Assembly: GCA_028534125.1 (NCBI GenBank)
Contig: CM052850.1
Span: 5,084,001 to 5,148,000, forward strand
Source of the DNA: Lama glama
Lineage: Eukaryota
DNA: 64,000 nucleotides
Reading direction: 5' to 3'
Below, piece by piece: positions 14,234 to 27,830 of this stretch. Under the pieces are notes generated by a model. That model did not search any database and was not told the origin of the DNA. It saw only the letters and a list, made by a program, of their open reading frames with translations. Made by a program: the position numbers and the translations under genes. Within the stretch, counting starts at the first letter, position 1; every line of letters begins with the position of its first letter.

Positions 14234-16251
14234 AAATAAATGTGCATCTCACTCTTACTACTACTGGTCTTCCTCACTGGCCCCCTGCCTCTTCTAGCGT
14301 TAGAGAAACACTGACACAGTATTTCTGTCTTCATAAAGGAAGGCTGGCATCTAGGGAAATGACCTTGATAGACTGAACTATAAATACAATATTAATCAGA
14401 GCAGTTTGCTCTTGCGTGTGCCCCTTTTCCCAGTACCCCAGAGCAGTCCAGGAGACAGGCAGAAAAGCACAATCCCTCGCCATTCCATGAGCGTGCAGGT
14501 AAAGGGCAAATACTCCAACACAGTGGGACCGTGACCTGAGTCTGGCTTCCAGAGAAAGTGATTTTCCAAGATCGGCTACATCTAAATGGATCCCAGAGGC
14601 TGCACCTCTGTGCTAAGCGGTCTCTGTCTTGGTGTCATAGGGCAAGGGACTAAGGAAAACAAAGTTAGGGGTTTAAATCACATAGAACTAGTCACCTTTG
14701 CTCTCGGCACCGTCCTTGCTCCGGGGCCAGCCGTCCTGCAAGTGGCTGATCTCCAGGATGCCCGGGGTTGGGAAGAACCCTCTGAAAGAGCATCAACCAG
14801 ATTGACACGAATGGGAAGCAGGAACTCACAACCCCAGCTCATGGGCAATAAGAATAGCACATGACATTAACTTGTTCTAGACTCTCACTGGACGTGAGTG
14901 TGATTTTTCAAACAAATGCTTGTTTTTGACAAAACCAGTACTCTAGATGTACCCCAAATAAACGTCGTCCAGAGGACATTCTGCCCAGTGAAAAGAATGT
15001 TTTCAGCGTCAAAGTTGAATGTGGAAAGAGGGGCCGCCTGTTCCTCCTTGCCTAAGAGCTTCGGCGGCCAATTCAGCTGCCGTTTAACAAGTCAGAAACT
15101 GGTTTTCCCACTGCCAGCACTGGGTCCTCTACGTGAGGCTGGAGAATTCAGCTGCTCTCTCTCTGCCTCTAGTGACCTGCTGGGTAATCAAGGTCTGTGG
15201 AGTTTCTTTGTTTCTTTCTTTTCTTTTCTTTTTTTTTTTGTTTTTAAATCAGAACTAAGCTGACACTCTTCCTGACGACGGGGAGGGCAACGGCAAGTTA
15301 AAATCCACCTCCAGCTCCACAGGGAACCAAGACACTGAGGCTCCTTCCTGTCAGCAGGTGTGAGTCAGACATGCAGGGGAGCAGCAACATCCAGTAAGAA
15401 GGTGCCATTTTGTCGTCAATGTTCCCACCACCGCCGCATGGCAATAAATAGTTTGAGAAAACGATCCAGGATAAAAGAACGATCCGGCCGGCCGGGAGTC
15501 AGCCTGAATAGAAGGTTCCCATTGAATACTGCTTCATTATGCAACTCGGCCTTTCACTGAGGGATTCCAACTCTCAGTGGAACCAATTGTGACGAGGAAG
15601 TGCTGACAGCCCTGGGAACCAGCAAAGCAGGTCTTTGATTCGATGCTTTGAAGCCCAGTCCTGTCACTGAATTGTTCCTTGAGTGTAAGCGAGTGAACTT
15701 GGCCTCCTGGGTCTCAGATTTTTGTTTTTTCTTTTCCAATCTGGAAAGTGGGATCTGTAGCCTTTACCTTTAGATTCATGTTTTCATATTGTGCCTGAAT
15801 TGGAAAAACCATCATGTCACTTTTTAACCATCCCTCAAACTTCCCCAGAGATACTCCTCTTGTCTTCCTGTTTGTTTTACACCAAGAAGGTTTGCCTTTC
15901 CATCTCTTCTGGTCCCTGCTGGAGAGATGGCGACTGGCTTGATGTTTAGCCCACACTAGGTAAGCAACAAAAGAACCTAAACAGACTCAGGACATCACTG
16001 TCCCATAACCAATTTTCTAATGAGGGTGATCAGAATTTAACCTCACAGCTTCATTCTGTATCATTTATCATTTCTGAATGTTTAAGCTTTAATTGTGTAT
16101 TAAGCTAGATGTAGTTCATTCAAAACACATTTTGAAAGGAGAAACTGCAGTTCATCTGAGAGTGGAAAGATTTCTATAAATTCTTTCACTTGTTTCATTA
16201 TGAAGTCCAGAATTTTAAGCAGAAAACCCCACCAAATATTATTTCACAATT

Positions 16252-16405
16252 TCTGTGGTTCTTAGCCTAAAGTGTACATTGAACATATTTTGGGGCCCCA
16301 CTCGAGACCTGCTAAAGCAGAATCTCTGGGGTTCTTGGGCAAGTGAAATTGGCAAACTTGCCACCATGTGATTCTGATTCACACACTTGGATAAGAACCG
16401 CAGAA
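16252..16405. mobile_element. MER5-type hAT-Charlie MITE
   Basis: gtggttctt...cagaatctctgggg...gtgattctgat...taagaaccgc terminal inverted motifs. Confidence 0.6.
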
Positions 16406-16439
16406 AAAGTTACTTGGGTCAAATGGACCCCAAGTGACC

Positions 16440-17310
16440 CTGGTGAAGCCTTTCCTTTCTCAAGTGATGCTGATTTCTTCCTTCCAGTGGCTCTGGCCAA
16501 GAGCCTTGGCATCATCCTTAACTTTTATTCTCACACCTCACATCAAATCTATCAGCAAATCTTGGTGGCTCTGTCTGCTTTCAAAATATACCCAGGACAG
16601 AAAAGAAAAAAATGTTTTCAGACAACTAGGATTTATCACTTTTGCTGATATCCTAACATAGTCTTTTTTCTACCAAGTAGCTTAGGGTGATTCTGTTAAA
16701 ATTTAAGTCTAATCATTTCATTCCTTTGCTCAAAAACTTCCTGTGGCTTGCTCTGCCCCTGAGAGTAAAAGGCAAAGTTCTGGCCTTGGCACTCGAGAAT
16801 CTGCTGATCTGGAACCTGCCACCTGCCTGCCCTGTCCTCCTTGGGTCTACTGCTCCAGCCGCAGGAGCCTCCCTGTTGCTCTAGGCACATTCTCATCTCA
16901 GGATTTTTGCATTGACTCTTCTCTCTTTCAGGAAAGTTGTCCTCCATAGGCATCCACATGGCTAACTCTGTCACCTCCGTCAAGTCCTTGTACAAGGGCC
17001 ACCTTCTTAGTGACCTCCCCATGTCTACCCGGACCACTCTATTTCACTTGCAGCCTCCTTCCTTCACCCCAGCCCTCCTAGTTGCTCTTACTCCGATCTA
17101 CTTCTTTCTCCCCCAAAGCACTTATCATCTTTCAATATATAAGCTATTTACTGTATTTTCTTTATCATTTATCTTCCCCGGCTAGACTGTAAGACCCATA
17201 AGGGCAGGAATCTGTGTTTGTTTTGTTTCCTAACGTATCCCAAGCACCCAGAACACTACCAAGCACATAGTAAATGCTCAATAAATATTTGTAGCATTTA
17301 ATAAATAGAA
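16440..17310 (+). mobile_element. L2 3' portion
   Basis: Ends gcacatagtaaatgctcaataaatatttgt. Confidence 0.8.
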
Positions 17311-19588
17311 ATTCTTGAATGCGGAGAGAGCAAACCTGGTGAGTGATACATCTTGCAGAAGGCTGCCTCCACGGAGTTCACTTCTAATTGGATTTGCCAC
17401 TATGGGGCAATCATACCTTTCATGAGATTTTAAGGCCTTTGCAGGGCTGTATCCCACAAATGCCATGAACGATGCTGCTCCTGTTTTTCTAATCAAGACC
17501 TGAGCTGTTGAACTACTTCTGTGCTGACAACCAACAGCTAAATCAAAATAGTTGCTAGAAATTTTACTTTAGCTGCATGTCTGAGTGTTATTACATAAGA
17601 AATGGGGTGTAACAGAATATGGCTTTGGTCCTGGGACCTCCAGCTTTGACCAAATGGGTAGGAGTCCAAGACCACTGTCAGAGGGTCCCGCTTTGAAGTG
17701 TGTTAGTAATAGAAACTCAATTCATTGCAGAGAAAATCTTTCTTTTTTAATGTTTTTTTTTTTTAAAGAGAGCTGGAGATTTCACTTGGCATATCTATTT
17801 TTATTTCATTGGGCTTTATCACGATCTCCCCCCAAAATGGTTAGCCCAGCAGGGCAGAGAGATCAAGAAGCAGCGGCACTCGCCCCTGGTGGAACCCGTC
17901 TCTGAAACCTTCCCCCTCACAGGACAATGCTCTTAATTAGCTGCACCATATTTCCCAGAGAACAAAAGCTCCCCACCCCTCACAGGAAAAGCTTTTCCAG
18001 AAGATATCTCATTGGGGAAGCGCCAGGCACACAACAGGGGGAGGAGAACAGACAGGCTGTTCTGGGCTCTGCAAAGAGACACAAACTCTGGATTCCCGAG
18101 GGAGTCGCAGAGGTTAGCCCGGCACATTTTTTCTCCACGTGACGAGCATGTGCTTCACACAGCCTGACGTGGCTGACTGCAGAGGCCCCTCTTCTCCTCC
18201 CACTTCCTCAGCCACTAGCTGGGCTTAGGAACCTTGTGTGCATGTGGTGGGGGGCCCAAAATCAGCGGGAAGAATCTTCAGAATTGAGCATCTGGGGAGC
18301 AGTAGGGAAGGAACTGGGAGTTTATTTCAGGTGACAGACATAGAGCAGGCCCCGATTTTTTTTTCCTGAGACTATAATAATATTTCTGGAATGGGGATGC
18401 TTGAATCATATGTCTCTTCATATCACTGTGTGGGAAGTCTCAGTTACAAGCCTAACAATGGAAGAGACGGTGGTGCCTCTCGGACGTGGTGGGGGCCCAG
18501 CGGAGGCGTCTGGAAGCTTGCTGGGGGCGGCAGTGGGGGTGGTGGGAGGGCAAGCAGAAAGGGCAAGTAAGGGGGAAGGATTGCCTCACCTGAGCCTCTT
18601 CGGGGAACCAAGAGGAGGGGCCTGAAAAGTCTCTCCACAACAGTTTTGCTCCCCCACCCCGCCCCGCTTTAAATGTGTTTTTTGAAAAACCCAGAGGGAA
18701 AAAAAAAAGTCTTGTTTAAGTGCCTCTTCCTGAGCAAGTCCACTGTGAGGAAAGGAAAATCCAAATGCTCAAATAGTCTATTTTTGTGCCCAGAGGCTCC
18801 AGGCCCTGCACACAGACTCTTCCTCACTCCGAAGGAAAGGAAACTGGGTGTGAGGCCTCTGTGAGAGGCCGGAACTGAGGAACTGGCCTTACTCGAAGGC
18901 CTGTTCTCTGTGCGACCTCCATTTTAGGAAATAAGGTTTCAAAGCAGGATGCCTTGGGACTGGCCTGAGGCTTGCGTTGGTTAAAAACAAACAAAAAAGC
19001 CTTCTCTGATTATTCTGCTGGCAAACAATGGTGGAGCTAGACTTTCCTTGGAAAGCTCAGTCAGCTGCCTTAGTCTTCCGCTTCTCCAGGTTAAGGTTTA
19101 CTGCCATCACCTGCCTCTCGGCTACTAGGCAGATAAGGACGAGAGGCTTGATTAAGAGTCTTACGCTTTGATGTGGAGGCCGAGCCAAGTCATAATCAGT
19201 AATAAGCCTAATAAAACAGCAGCTACCTGGGTGGATAAGGCCTCTGTTTGTATATTTTGCATACATTTTCTGTGCCATTCACAGGTTTCTTGTTTCTCCT
19301 CTGTATGGCCTTTAACCAGTTCAAGAGCAGTGCTTAGGGCATCCAACCAAGGAAATGGGGTTCAGATCACTTCCCATTTCAGTCCAGCGTGGCCCTGTCT
19401 CCCTCTTCACTTTGCCCAAGGTTGCCTTTTGTGAGGACCAAAGGGTACACTGAGAAGGGCAGTCCAGCTTGGAATAGTCACACCTCTTAGGCTATTCCTG
19501 TCTCCTCTGCTATCTGGCTTGTGAAGCTGATCTTAAAAAAGGACCTCTGTTTTTAAAAGGTTTGGGCAGAGGAGGTATGGGGGCGCAA

Positions 19589-19790
19589 GGGAGGGTATGG
19601 CTCAGCGGTAGAATACATGCCTAGCATGCATGAGGTCCTGGGTTCAATTCCCCAGTGCCTCCATTAAAACATATATATATATATATATATGTATATAAAC
19701 AAAACATATAAAACATATATATATATGTATATATGCCTAATTACCTCCCACAGCCTTCTCAAAAGAAATAATTCAAAAAAAATAATAAAG
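19589..19790 (+). mobile_element. Vic-1-like SINE with internal (TA)n expansion
   Basis: A and B boxes, then an AT microsatellite at 19670-19733 before the cctaattacctccc tail. Confidence 0.88.
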
Positions 19791-19899
19791 TGTTTCCTTG
19801 GGAGCTGGTGACTGGGGATGGAGGAAGGAAATTGGAGAGTTCCCGTTAAAGGGAGACTGATTCCTCTGGCTTTCCTGGCTTGTTAACGCTGACCCTGGC

Positions 19900-20450
19900 A
19901 CAGGCAGAGCCTCCTAAGATGCAGATCTGATCATACCCCTTCAGTGGCCCCTCCGTACCCTTATAAAGTCCACATATCCCTTTACAAGGCTCCTCATGAG
20001 CTGGCTGAGTCTTGCCCTGCACACCCTCCCCCTGCCCACCATGGTTTAGCACACTTCCCCTGGCCCCCTCCCCAACTCTGCCAGCTCCGCTGAATTTCTT
20101 TCAGTTCCTCAAATCTCTGCTTCTTCTCTCCCTCCTCTTTCAAACATGCCTTTTCTTGCTGCTCCTGACTCATCCTTTAAGTTCTTCCACTGCATCTTTC
20201 TACTCCAGGAAGCCTTCCTTCATCGCCATGACTCCGAGTTAGGCTTCGCCCCATGAGCTCCCACAAACCTCCTACTTAACCGATCACTTACACACTACTT
20301 TGTAATTATGTGTTGGTTTGTCTCTCCTGCTGGACTGTAAACACCCGAGGGCAGAACAAAGGCGTCTGTCCTGCCCACCATTTCCCCCAGTGCATGGCCA
20401 GTGCCTGGCACACGGTAGTGCCCCATAAAGATTTGTTGAATAAATGGGCA
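19900..20450 (+). mobile_element. L2 3' portion
   Basis: tggactgtaa...gagggcag...gtgcctggcac...atttgttgaataaatg. Confidence 0.75.
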
Positions 20451-20934
20451 TTATGCCAACATGACCAAAGTCCCAGTGGTCCTTCCCAGCTTTGCATTTG
20501 CCATGTTTATTTTAGTTAAGTGTCTGCCGGGACACAAGGAAGAGCCCTGAATTAAAAAGACGTGATGTATTTGGGCTGTCTGGCATTCCTTCTCCTTTCC
20601 CAGAGTGCCTTCCCAGGGACCCCGTGTGCAATTTTCTCCGTCAGGTCAGGCCTTCCGGTGAAGTTCCTTGTTTGTGTACATATTGTCCCTGTTTGTGTCA
20701 GATTTAGCCATTTATTCTATTTTTCATTAAGTTGAAAATTAATTTATTATAACTATGTTCAAATGATTTCATATTTATGCCTTATCTTTCCCAAAATTTT
20801 GTTCAGAGTAGGAAGAATGCCTTCTTTTGTCAGTCCCTTTAATACCTAGTGTTGTTTTGGTTCACAATTTGTGTTTAATGATAGGGTGATAGGATGACTT
20901 AAGTCCAATTTGTGTTTAAAAACTGAATTTAGCC

Positions 20935-21060
20935 GGGAGGGTGTAGCTCAAGTGGTGGAGTGAATGCTTAACATGCATCAGGTCCTGGGTTCAATCCTCA
21001 GTACCTCCTCTAAGAATAAATAAATAAGTAAACCTAATTACCTCCCCCCACAAACAAAAA
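20935..21060 (+). mobile_element. Vic-1-like SINE
   Basis: GGGAGGGTGTAGCTCAAGTGG...GGGTTCAATCC; degenerate TSD aaaaactgaattta / aaaaacctgacttta. Confidence 0.9.
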
Positions 21061-21251
21061 CCTGACTTTATTACAGCGCCATTGTGGGAATTCATGCTAG
21101 ATATATTCGGTGATGTGGCAATTGGACCAAGTCTCTTAAAGGAAACTGTGGTTTCAGGATGGGCTTGGAAACCGTAGCCCAGATCTCTCAGGGCGCCGCA
21201 GCCCCGGTCGTTTGGCAGGAAGCCCGCAGCCTGGGAGAACTGTTGTTCCAG

Positions 21252-21267
21252 GGTGCCCTCTAGTGAT
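21252..21267 (-). promoter_or_regulatory. Candidate CTCF site upstream of CRYZL2
   Basis: GGTGCCCTCTAGTGA in a locally CpG-retaining patch (21170-21290). Confidence 0.45.
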
Positions 21268-22107
21268 CCAAGGCCCCACTAGGTCGGAACCCAGGGCCAG
21301 AGGCTCTTGAACTTCAGCAGGAAGCAAGATCAATGAGAGAGCCTCATGAAACTACAGATGCCAGAATGTCAAGCCAGCTGGGAGACCAATCCTTTGAATC
21401 GATATCTTCAGGGATCTGATACACAGTCCACGGCTCACACTTCGTGAAATACTGACTAGGTGATGCCCATCAAAGGAAGTGTTTCAGGTATGTAGTTTGA
21501 GGACACCCAATCTCCTTTCGCTTGTAGGGATGGGTCACTGACTCACTGCTGACTACTCAAATGTGGACGCAAGTGAGAAAAGGAGGCACAGAGATAGCCT
21601 CGACCTTTGGTATGAAATACAGTCCAGGTCACACAAGAACAGCCAGCAGCAGTTTCAGCTGGACCACTGAGCAAATGTTTCAGGGAGGACTGTGCTACCT
21701 TCTCTTGATGCCCATTCTTCAGTCTAAAGGAGGGAAGCCCCCTCCTCTTTTTCAACCTTCCTTGGCAATGGGTTCCTGGTTTCCACTGAACACACACTCC
21801 ATAGCCAACACTGTGTCAGATAGTTCATGTGCAGCAGTGTGTCATCTCTGGAAGTCCCTGGTGAGGGGTGCCTTACACCATTCAAGCAGAGGGAAGGATT
21901 GTGGGCACCTGGGTTCAAGGATAGGCAACAGCTAGAATCTGCTTTCCTGCACTCTGTACTTGTGCTCTGTTTAAGCAAATTCCCTAGAAAGAGAAATTGA
22001 CCAACAACCACATCCCTTACTGTAAAAGAGCCAATTCCTGCTCAGAAACCAAATGATGTGCACCAATGATTTAAAAAAAAAATTGTACCTCTGAACCCCT
22101 ATCAGTA

Positions 22108-22273
22108 CAGTCATTCCTTGGTGTCCTTGGGGCCTGGGGGTGAGGAAAATTGATTCCAGCACCCCCAGCAGATACCAAGATCTGAGGATGCTCAAGTCCC
22201 TTACATAAAATGGTGCAGCACAACCGGCTTCCACATCTGCGGGTGCGGGACCCATGGATCCAGAGGGCCAGCT
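22108..22273 (+). mobile_element. MER2/Tigger-derived MITE
   Basis: ta|cagtcattccttgg...ggatgctcaagtcccttacataaaatgg...ggatccagagggccagc|ta. Confidence 0.65.
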
Positions 22274-24431
22274 ACACTTTTCTTCCTCCCTCTTGATAAT
22301 TTCAGTTGAAGGCTGTTGCTTTAATTAGGGGCTGTTAGCACATTAAAATGTTTGTTGAACCTTGCAAGGTGATAAATTACTCTGACTTGCAATCTAGTAC
22401 TTAGGTCTAATTATTTTATGTGCTTTTTATATACTAATAGCACCTAATGAATTCAGTTAAATGGTAAAATCACATTTATTGAATGTCTATGTGTCTGGAC
22501 ACTGTGTGGGCCATGGAAATATAAACGAGGCTGGGTGAGGCTGAGTGCCTATCCCATGGGGGATCAGAGTCAGGAGGGGCCATTATCTCTGAGGCAATGT
22601 GATGAGGACCTTACCAGAAATATGAACCCAGGGCTAGGATAGCCCAGCACAATGACATCTCTCCTTGGGAGCCAGCTGAATAGAGAAAGGCCATCCCAGA
22701 TACACATTAATATTCTAATAATTGATGAACATTAGAATTTCCATCAGGAGTGGGGAAAACTACATCGCTCACTTCCGAATCATCTTGGACAAAAGAGTTA
22801 TCAAATCTCTCTTCTCACAAATAACAGTGTTTTCTTTCATACTACCCATGCCTTCCCCTCTCCTCTGCAATTACTGTATCTTTAAAACAAAACATGAAGT
22901 GCTGGCCTGACGCCATCTGATTTAAGTCCTGCTTATTTGCTTGTCCGGAAAACTTTTAAGCATAGGCTCACAGAGTCCTTAACGAGAAAGCTCATTAAAA
23001 AGCCGTCTGAAATCGGGAAACAAATTACAGGCACAACACAGTCCACTCTTTCCCTCTTCGTTTCCTTCTCCCCCTCCCAGGCTGCAACATTATAAATGAC
23101 AAGGCGGCATGAGTCATCAGGTCGAAAAAAGGCACGGCTGGCCGGACGGGTCTGTCTTTACCTTCCCGCTTTGATGATATTTCTCTTGCTTCACTGCAGC
23201 ACTGAAATGTTGCCTAAACAGCAGGAGGGCCCTGCACATGTAATGATGGCCTTGGTAAGCCTTTGATTGTGTGTATTTGGGTGGAACTTGAGCTTGTAAT
23301 TGGCGAATGCACACACTGTCTGATTTCAGAGCCTCTCCCTAGAAAGCTTGTTTAATCCCAGGGGGAAGGGGAAGCTTTTTTCCTTCTAGGTGTATCTGTG
23401 ATCACCCTCTGAAGGTTTCCCCAGGAGCATTACTTCAGTGTGGCAGCGATCATACTCAGGGCTGGCCCAGCTGCAAAGTGTCTTAAGAGACCCCCTACTC
23501 CTCTCCAGTCTGGAATTTCATGAGCTAGGCTAGACTTCCTGCCTCCTGGTTCAAAAGGAAGTGATGGTGGTAATCGTCCACTGGGAGGAAGAGATGGGAG
23601 GTGGGCTGTTTCTTTTCTTCCTTCTTCTCATCCTGGAGTTTGTGAAAGGAAGGCTACAAATACCAAAGAATCCTTCCACACCTGGTACCTGGAGGCAATG
23701 TCTGTGGGGAAAAGGAAATCCTTCCTGCCTCCTTGCCCCTATATATAATTCGCCAGGGCTGAGGCACTTAGAATTAAATACTCGCAACATGGTTCTTTTC
23801 TGTGTTGAGGCAGAGAAGTTACATCCTTTACAGACAGAAGGCTAGGGTTGAGGGCCTGCCTTTCCATTTGCTAGCTGTTTGTCTCTTGAGAATTTGCAAA
23901 ACATCTCTAAATCTCACCATCTAACATGTGCCAGGCTTAATGAGAGAAGTCACTGGCTCCACCTTGAAGTTCTGCATAATGTCCAGGGGAGACACACACA
24001 TTGTCACAACACAATATGGTCCGCGCTTTACCGGAGCTACAGAAGGGCTCCCAGGAAAGTGAGAGGAGGGCACTGTGTATGATTTGGAGGTGGGAGAGAC
24101 AAGGGAGAAGGGGAGAGGGGGTGAGACTATGGTTACAGAAGGCCTCCCAAATCAGGTGCTTGAGCAGGATTTTGAAGAAAAAAGAGAATTCACACAGAGA
24201 GAGAGAGAGGAAGCTGACAACATTAGAGGGGTGGCAGAGGAAAGGAATCTGAGGACAAGACTGGGGAGTGGGCTGAGAAGTAGGAGGAGAACCAACAGAC
24301 TGGCTTCAAAGGCTGCAAGAGGCCAGCTACCACGGGGACTGACAGGCACCCACCGGACCAGCGGCATTTAGGGGACGATCACAGTGGAGAGTGAGTGGGA
24401 GGAGAGCAACAGAGCTAACGAGCATGTTCTT

Positions 24432-25055
24432 TTAAAAATTAATATTATTGAGTTGATTTACAATATTACATGGGTTTTAGCATAGTGATTCAGTATTTTT
24501 ATGGATTATACTCCATTAAAAGTTACTATAAGATAATGGCTATAACTCCCTGTGCTGCACAATGTATCCTTGTGGCTCATTTCTATTATACATAATAGTG
24601 TGTATCTCTTAATCCCTTACCCCTAACTTATTCCTCCCCCATTTCCTCCCTCCACTGGTAACTGTGAGGTTGTTTGATACGTCTGTGCATCTGTTTCTTG
24701 CTATGTTCACTGGTTTAATTTTTAGAGTCCACATATAAGTGATATTATACAGTGCTTGTCTTTCTCTGTCTGACTTGTTTCACTAAGCATAATATTCTCT
24801 AGGTCCATGCCTGTTGCTGCAAATGGCAGAACTTCCCTTTTTATGGCTGAGTAATATTCCATTGCATATATATCCAACATCGTCTTTATTCATTTGTCTG
24901 GTGATGGACACTTGGGTTGTTTCCATATGTTGGCTATTGTAAATAGTGCTGTTATGAACTTTGGGATGCATGTGTCTTTTTGAATTAGTGTTTTCAGTTT
25001 TTCCAAGTGTATACCCAGGAATGGAATTGCTGGATCATATAATAAATAGTTCTCT
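24432..25055 (-). mobile_element. L1 3' end, 5'-truncated
   Basis: Antisense L1 3'UTR/ORF2 end; degenerate 17-bp TSD ctaacgagcatgttctt / ctaatgggcatattctt. Confidence 0.88.
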
Positions 25056-25995
25056 CTAATGGGCATATTCTTAACATTCAGTGGACTTGGTTGTAAGGAG
25101 AAGAGTAGGGTGTTGTTAGAGAGGGATGAGAGAGGAAGGAAAATTTTTGTTGTTTTTGTCTATTATTGACGCTTGGATGTAGTTATATACTACAGGGAAG
25201 GAGGCACTGGGAGAGGGAGGAGTTAAAGGAGAGAGATAGGATTAAATGGGGGGTTAATTCGTACTTTGTGGAGTCCTTTGGAGGATTAAATGAGATCACC
25301 TGGGGAACCCTTTGTACTATACACATGTGAATATGATTATCCTGCTACTGAAATAAAGCCTCCATGCATCATAAGGCATTTGAGCTCACTTATCACTGGG
25401 CTGCTGAGATAGGCAAATCTCCCTCTCCAGAGCTTTTTTTGTGTGAGCTGTTTTCCTATTTCCTCTTTCCACCACTTTAGACTTAGAGCCCAAGAATGAA
25501 CTGAGCCCTCCTTGACATTTCTTCCTGCCAAACAACACAACTACCAGTTCCTCTGGATCACAACAGGAAGCTGGGGGTTGATAAGCGAGAAGTGACTAAG
25601 GGAGGGGACAAGAGGTTCCTCTTTGTTGGGAGGTGGGACTTACATCCAGACCTCAACTTGGAAACTTGCTTCGTCAGTTTATTAGGTTTTTATCAGATAA
25701 CCCTGGGGCCACATGGGCTATGAAGTAGACTGTCCCCTCACAGACACCCGTGGCCCCTTTTCCATCTCAACTCATGAACTGCAAGTCCCGCGAGGGCAGA
25801 GATTTTTGTCTGTTTTGTTCGCTGCTATACCCCCAGTGACTAGAACAGTGTCTGGTATAGGGATGGTGTCTAAATAATATTACTAAGTGAATGAATTCAC
25901 CCATTCATTCAGCCTCCCATTGACTCAGACAAAGTGAGTGATGCTATGGGTCAATCACTAAGTTCATCCCAGACGAACAGAGTTAAATATTCCAG

Positions 25996-26133
25996 TAGAG
26001 GGTAGAGCTCAGGGGTAGAGTGTGTGCCTAGCAAGCATGAGGTTCTGGGTTCAATCCCTAGTACCTCCATTTAAAATATATAAACAAACCTAATTAACTC
26101 CCTCCCCCAAACAAAACAACAACAAAAAAGAAA
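25996..26133 (+). mobile_element. Vic-1-like SINE
   Basis: Head and tail match the other copies; TSD taaatattc. Confidence 0.88.
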
Positions 26134-26649
26134 TAAATATTCTATGCCAGGCACTTTATATACATTAGTTCGTGGAATCACAATCATTTTACAAATGGGG
26201 AAACTGAGACTCAGAAAGAAGTCACTTGCTTGAGGATATATAGCTGGAAAGTGGCTGAAATTCCTCACTGTCTGATTCTGTGCTCTTTCTATACCACCAT
26301 CTACTTCTCCAGCCTCATCCCTCACTATTCCCCAACTCAAACTGTAACTTCTGGCATAACTGACTGCCTGCAGTTCCTTGAATGAGCCACGTTCTCTCCT
26401 GTGCACTCCTTTGCCTGGGACACGTTTAGCTGTAGCTTCTGTCTGGTTAATTCTTAATTCTTCCTCATCCTTCCCCTGGGAGGCTTTCTTGAAAGGATGC
26501 TCTCCGATGGGGTAGGTTGACCTTCTCTGTGCTCTCGCAGCCCTCTTTGCAGCCCTCTGTCATAGGACACATCACAGGCATTTAGAAGCCTATTTATGTG
26601 TGTGTCTCTCCACTAGATGGTGAGAGGTCCAAGGGCAGGGACTGTCTTC

Positions 26650-26880
26650 CTAATAAGAGCTGCCATTTGTATTGGGCATAGTTGTTATCTTGTTTAATTC
26701 TCACAACCACTCCCAGGAGGGTGTTATTATGACTGTTTTATAGATGAAAAAAAAAAAAAGGAGGCTCAGAGAGGTTAAACAACTTTCCCAATGTCACAAT
26801 GAGTAAGTGGCTAAGCCAGGAATTCAACATAGGTACATGTGATTCCAAGGCCTAGATTCTTTTCCTTGTGTTACCATCAG
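26650..26880 (-). mobile_element. MIR
   Basis: tttaattctcacaacc...gaggctcagagaggttaaacaactttcccaatgtcaca. Confidence 0.75.
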
Positions 26881-27279
26881 AACCATCCACAGGGCTCACA
26901 GCTTAGCTGTTGAGATAAACAGATAAATACCACCTGAACAATGAGATTAGTGAGCTAATCCAGGTTTATACAAAGTTGTTGGGGGGAAACATCTGGATGG
27001 GAAGAATTTGTTCTCTCTGGGAGAGGTGGTGTTGGAAAGGCTTCATAAAGTTGCCAGAATGCTTGAGAACTTGTAAACTTAAGGTGGAAAATCCATCCCT
27101 GCATCAAATACGGGTGGTTAGTTTTGGGGGCCATGGCAGCCATCGCCTGGGTCACCACTGCCTCCAAATGAGTCCATCTGGGTGCCAGGAATGTAGCCCA
27201 AACGCCTGTGGGTACCTGCCTCGGTGATGGCTGGTAACCAGGCAACCCAGTTAGCACACTGTTTCATTAAAATCACGTT

Positions 27280-27299
27280 TGTGTGTGTGTGTGTGTGTG
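27280..27299. repeat. (TG)10 microsatellite
   Basis: Direct reading. Confidence 0.9.
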
Positions 27300-27619
27300 A
27301 AAACGACTTTATATAGTCAGTTCTAACCTTACACACTCTCCTTTAAACTTAAATAAAATCAATACATTTGCAAGCCTGTGGCTCTGCGGAGTAGGATGGT
27401 GCTCCTAATTATGTGCTAACTTCTCCGCCTGCTCTTGTCTCCACTGCAGGCATCCCCGGAGGCTGCTTTCTCTCTCTCCTCTCCTTCAGGGAATTAATTC
27501 ATCTATTTCTCGGCTTGAACCACTGTAAAATTCCTATAAAATTAAACTTAAAACTACAGGCAAAAAGCACAGCTTTAAAAGGTATGGTACAATACCTTCC
27601 TTGTCTGCTGCAGAGGGCA

Positions 27620-27830
27620 CAGTGGGTGGCCGGGCTCTGGCACCAGGCAATTAGGAGGCTTCTAAACTGCTTCATTTCCTAGCTGTGTGGCCTTGGGCAA
27701 GTTACGTAGCCTCCTTATGCCCGCATTCCTGATCTATAAACGGGTGAACAGAATCGTATCCTAGTAAAAGGACTATGGTGAGGACTAATGAGATAAGGCA
27801 CAAGGGGCTTAGTGACTGGTTTGTTAGAAG
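27620..27830 (+). mobile_element. MIR
   Basis: tagctgtgtggccttgggcaagttac...atctataaa...gaggactaatgagataa. Confidence 0.7.

Noticed and set aside
17876-17892. CTCF-like CGCCCCTGGTGG
   Set aside because: Mismatches in the GC end of the core; too weak alone
24783-24971. ORF resembling the L1 ORF2 C-terminus
   Set aside because: Remnant of a truncated L1, not a host gene
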